From Blastocladiella emersonii ATCC 22665 (taxonomy: Eukaryota > Fungi > Blastocladiomycota), in NCBI GenBank assembly GCA_025594325.1, contig JANHCV010000014.1:868001-932000 (forward strand): a DNA stretch of 64,000 nt. Reading direction: 5' to 3'. The translations under genes were made by a program, and so were the position numbers. Below the pieces are notes generated by a model. The model did no database searches. It worked only from the letters and a program-made list of their open reading frames with translations, and was not told the DNA's origin. Of this stretch, positions 59,816-64,000 are shown in pieces. Within the stretch, counting starts at the first letter, position 1. Each line of letters begins with the position of its first letter.

Positions 59816-62090
59816 ATGAATCGAATGAATAACCTTCGCGACTCGGTGCAATCTGCTCCCAGCGGCGCCGGCGACGTGGATGTGCCGTCCGTTGCACCCT
59901 CGGCGGAACCCGACGAGCGCGACGCTCGCTTCGCAGCGCTTCCCGACACGCTCATCTTGTTGGTTCTACACCTTGCACAGCCTCGCTCAATTTCCTGCGT
60001 CGCTTCGCGCTGCCTCGTTGGGCCTGCACGCGAGCTCTCAATCAGGTCTCCTTTGCCAAAACAATCGAGTTTGCCTTGGCCGGGCCTCGCGCTCCTGATG
60101 CCAGCTACCTTGTCGCGCTCATGAAGGGCTTCTTGTTTGACCAGCGCCAATATGAACGCCGGGACTCGACAACGTTTACGCAAGAGTCGAAATGGTCGTT
60201 GCATTACTACCATTGCACGTGTCCCACCCCGATTGGCGACCTCGCCAAACTGCGACACGTTTACGCGTCGCATGCCCACCTCGCCGCGCCCTACCTCATC
60301 CTTGCCGCCGCTGTGCTCATGGATGACGCGAGCTTGCTCGAGCAGCTGTTGAATGCCGTGCAGCAGCATGTCCCGGCTGTTCTCGCCATGAAAATGCAGC
60401 CCATGGAATGGTGGCATCTGACCTGGCACGGGCTCATGTTCCTGTGCAAGTCGAAACTCCACACGGTTGTGGGCGAGGAGCCCGAGAACAAGTTGCCGCC
60501 GATGCCCTTCCTCGATCACTTGCTCCTTCTCTCCGCCGTCGCGTGGCGAAGCGACTCCTTTCGCATCCTCAGCGCGTCGCGTTTCGGAGCTGACCTCAAG
60601 GCGCTCCAGCATGCCTTTGGCGATAACGTGCTCGGGTTTTTTGCGATCAGAGCTCTGAATAACCAGACTCGCCCATCCGAAGAGCTCATGCCTATCTTCG
60701 ATTGGCTTCTCAGCACGCGCAAGCCTGTTCCGGCTCAAATCGTCAGCGTAGTGCACATCGCGATCATCTTGATTTATTCGGCCTTGCGCAACTTTCTTTC
60801 TATATCATGCCGTGCATCGGTACCCGGCCTGCCTTACTGACGGCCTGGATCCGACCGATCTGCATCTGATCGCGTTCCAAGTCCGCACATGGACGTTAGC
60901 AGACATGAATACCAACTTGATCGGGCTTGTGGATGACTTGGGTCTGCTCAGCTCTCTTTCGTGGACGAACATTGTCTTCGCCGGGCTGGACCAGGACAAT
61001 GAGACCGGTTCTGGGGAGCTTTCTCAGTTTGCGTTCAAACAGCTCACGTCGGGTTCACGGATTTCGGCGGTGCTGGCCAAGGGTACGTAACCGTCCGCTC
61101 CCACGCACGATCTTGAAAAACCTCCGGGATTGCAGTGTTCCGTGATACCCTGCTCTCAGCTGACACGGATAGCTGCGATGCGATGCACATTTTGCTGCTC
61201 AGCTCTCGCGAGCTCGGGTGCGAGCAGTTTGAATCTGCGCTTGCAAAGTTTGCAGCTGCGCTTGCCGAGGCCCTGATTGTCGTTCAGGTGGAACTAACCG
61301 TCCCTTCAGCATACTCGCAGTTGGTTTCGGCGACACTAGGTCACCTGTTTACGTGTGGCGAGGAGAAGCTACTCAGCCCCTGGCTCCTGTTCCGACTTGC
61401 AAACGAGTACCTTGGCGTTGCTCCTGCACCGCGTCTCCAGGAATCCCACGCCATGGCATGGCTGCCTGTTGTCGTACTTGCCGATCCGGCCACACGCGAC
61501 GCCGCGCTCGCGCAAACCCGCGCCAAGGGTGCAGTCACGGCACGCCGGTTCCTTTTCATCACGCTCAACCGCCTTCTCGGCCGTTAAGCGATAACCCTCT
61601 ACTCGCCGACCCCGCGCGAAGAGACGAATTGCTGTGCTCTCGAATTTCATCCATCATGGGCTGCTGCCGTGTCGGACTTGCACCAGATTATTCAATTGAG
61701 CACGGACTCGGCTGGCCCGTGGCTCTCTAGCGACTGCTCCGACTTGATCCGCCGCATCATTGAACGAGAATTTGCGCAGGGTGGGCTTGGCTTCAGATTC
61801 AACCAGGAGCTGGCCGATTTCCCGAACGGGACGTGTCCGAGATGTGGCGAGCAGATGTTCCCGCGCCTCGAACAGGCGCTCCGGTTTCTTTTCCGTGCCG
61901 AGCCTGCCCTTGCTCTCGCGAAGCTCGGTTCCGAGCAAGCGCTTCCGCTCGATTTCTGCGAACTCGTTCCCGACGGTGCCCTCGACAGTATAAAGGACGC
62001 CAAATGGGTCGAGGACATGGCTAACAGCGCCAAGCACGAGTTCGATGCAGAGACGGCGCGTGTCGTCGTCCGCGAGCTCCAGCGCGTCGC
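59816..62090 (+). pseudogene. Family copy P12: deletion, frameshifts, TAA, and an LTR insertion at the 3' end
   Basis: About 38 codons missing after ELSI (~60044). Frameshift near 60790. Intron 61083-61135. TAA at 61585. Family similarity stops at ELQRVA (62090), where TGTAAGGG begins. Confidence 0.85.
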
Positions 62091-62980
62091 TGTAAGGGTG
62101 AGGGTCCCAAGGGTGGTTCGACGGGCGAGTATTACGTGGGTAATAAATGGTCTTGTTCCGTGAGGAGCGAGGACCGGGCGGACCGCTCCTCCGGCTTATG
62201 AATCAATCACAAACAGACACGTCCGAGACGGGAAACCGGTGACGCCACTTGCGCCGCGGTCCGCGTGCGCGTTGCGCCACACCTGTCACGCTGCGTCGTG
62301 ACACTATCCCCCTCTCCCCCCCCGAGGTCCGTCACGGAGGTCGGGATCGAGGATCGGGGTGCGTCACGACGACGTGATGGACCGTGCGCCGTGGTTGCGC
62401 GATGATCGGGTCGGGTCGCCACCTCGCGCGGGATCGGGTGCGCCATGAGGTGCGACGTGATGGTCGGGTCGGGTACTGGTCGGGTACTGGAACGTGTTCT
62501 TGGTCTCGTTGACGCACTTGACGTCGTGTCGATCGTCTTCTTGAGCATGAGCCAGCACCGGATGTCGAAGGCCATCTCGACGAGCACGAAGATCGGGTAC
62601 CACGCGTCGAGGTGGTAGGCGAGCTGCGGGTCGAGGATGCGGTCGAGCGTCGGCTGCGGCTTGAGCACGGTGATGGCGATGGCGACGACGACGTGTCCTT
62701 GAACGTGAGCGACACGTTGAGCGTGAACTTGGTGACGATGAAGGCGAGGACTTGCCCGTGAACTCGATCGGCTAGTCGCGCGTGAACTTGACGATGACGA
62801 CGACGTGCCCATGAACTTGAGCGACACGTCGTGCGTGAACTTGGTGTAGGCGATGACGCGCCATTGAACTTGATCGGCGCGCCGTACGTGATCTTGAGGG
62901 CGGAGATGACGATGACGATGACGTGGCCATGAACTCGGCCGACATGTTGTCCGTGAACTTGAACGCGAGTACCGAGCACA

Positions 62981-63195
62981 GCGGCGCGTGCGTGGCCCGC
63001 GGATCGAGACGAACGTGTCGGGCGACTGCTACGAGTCGGGCGACTTCTCGAACCGCGAAAGCTGCAACCCGTGTTGCAGCCCATGCCGGTGCGCGGCGCG
63101 TGCCGTGGCCCGTGGTCCGAGACGAGCGTGTCGGGCGACTGATACGGGTCGGGCGACATCTCGAACCACGTCTGCTGCGACCCGTGTCGCAGCCC
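62981..63195. repeat. Tandem ~112-bp duplication, each unit containing an 8-bp hairpin
   Basis: Units start at 62981 and 63093. Hairpins GCTGCAAC-CCGT-GTTGCAGC (63061-63080) and GCTGCGAC-CCGT-GTCGCAGC (63174-63193). Confidence 0.85.
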
Positions 63196-63677
63196 GTGCT
63201 GGTACTTGGTCATCTTCTGCTGCTGCGCATCTCGTACTTGTCGAGGTGCAGGCCGTGGACCGTCGCCACGCCTGCCGGTCGGCCCCGCGACCGTTGATGT
63301 ACTTGGACGTGTTCTCGCCGTACTTCGCACGGCGCCCCATCCCCCTCCTAACGGCCGACGCCCTCGTCGGCCTCGGCCCCATGGCCCAGCGTCGGCGATG
63401 GTGGGTGGTCTGGAGCAAGGAGTGGGCGCCGTCGAGCGGATCTGGTAGTTGTTGAAGGCCTGCGAGAGATGGCCGCGGATCTTGCGCGACTCGTTCCCGC
63501 AGGGGTTCGCGACGAGGAACAGGAACTCGGTGATCGGAAAAAACGAGGGCCACGACTCGATGTCGGCGGCCTCGAAGCACTTGATCGTGGCGCTCAGTCG
63601 GCGCCCTTGGTCTCGATGAAGTGCACGGCATGCGCAAGCTTAGTCTCAGCGAAGCTGCGCAGCGCCCGCGTGTCGTC

Positions 63678-63800
63678 GGCGTCCGCGACGCCCTCGTGGT
63701 CTCGGCGTCCGCGACGCCCTCGTGGTCTCGGCGTCCGCGACGCCCTCGGTCTCGGCGTCCATGTGCGACGCCAGCTTGGTCTCGGCGTCCAGGCGCGACG
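63678..63800. repeat. 26-bp tandem repeat ggcgtccgcgacgccctcgtggtctc
   Basis: Two perfect units (63678-63729), then degenerate copies. Confidence 0.85.
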
Positions 63801-64000
63801 CCCGCGCGCGACGCCTGCGTGTTCTTGGCGTCCGCGACGATGCCCGTGGACTCGGCGCCCTTGAACTCGGCGCCCGTGGACTGGTGGTGCCGGCCGACCG
63901 CCGCGATCTCGGCGGTCTCGAACGACGCCCGTGGTCTTGATCATCCCTTGATACCGATGCCTTCGGTCTCGATGCCCATGGTGTTGGCGCGACGTAGCCC

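Larger units (their letters stand above)
62091..64000 (-). mobile_element. LTR retroelement, 3' part (3' LTR, PPT, internal region), continuing beyond the window
   Basis: On the minus strand: GGGGGGGGAGAGGGGG (PPT, 62323-62308), ATAG, then TGTCAC...CCCTTACA (62303-62091, 213 bp, TG...CA). Abrupt junction inside a gene. No RT or integrase motif in the 1.7 kb visible. Confidence 0.75.

Noticed and set aside
13800-62090. Reassigned genetic code (TAA/TAG as sense), suggested by many in-frame stops
   Set aside because: TAA, TAG and TGA all end paralogs at the homologous position (P1 TGA, P2 TAG, P7 TAG, P8 TGA, P9 TAA), and chitin synthase ends in TAG.

Overview
This is eukaryotic, fungal DNA. 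It contains a class IV chitin synthase, and its introns are mostly 50-90 nt with GTACGY donors, CTRAC branch sites and YAG acceptors. The gene families resemble those of zoosporic, early-diverging fungi (inference). A conserved island (CLPTM1 and the divergent chitin synthase, about 5.9-13.1 kb) sits inside a fast-evolving accessory region. That region is dominated by about 19 genes or relics that begin with a similar Met...(L/S)MQ leader and an F-box-like LPxxLLxxIL motif, fused to different C-terminal modules. These comprise 12 copies of an unrecognised two-exon ~750-820 aa family with one shared phase-1 intron (only 3 intact), 3 ankyrin-like-repeat genes, 1 RNI-type LRR gene with a Ser/Asp tail, and 3 divergent singletons. 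Many of these genes carry an upstream ACGCGT plus CATGTGA composite motif. Mobile DNA comprises three things. First, a 2482-bp TIR element (50982-53463) with a 2-bp TSD, AGATCT subterminal arrays and an internal spliced gene; it splits one family member, and precise removal restores the frame. Second, two broken PIF1 (Helitron-type) helicases. Third, the 3' LTR, PPT and a repeat-rich internal region of an LTR element inserted in the last paralog, containing a duplicated hairpin with a compensatory base pair. No rRNA, tRNA or CRISPR array was seen. Domain names are by-eye motif recognition, not database hits.
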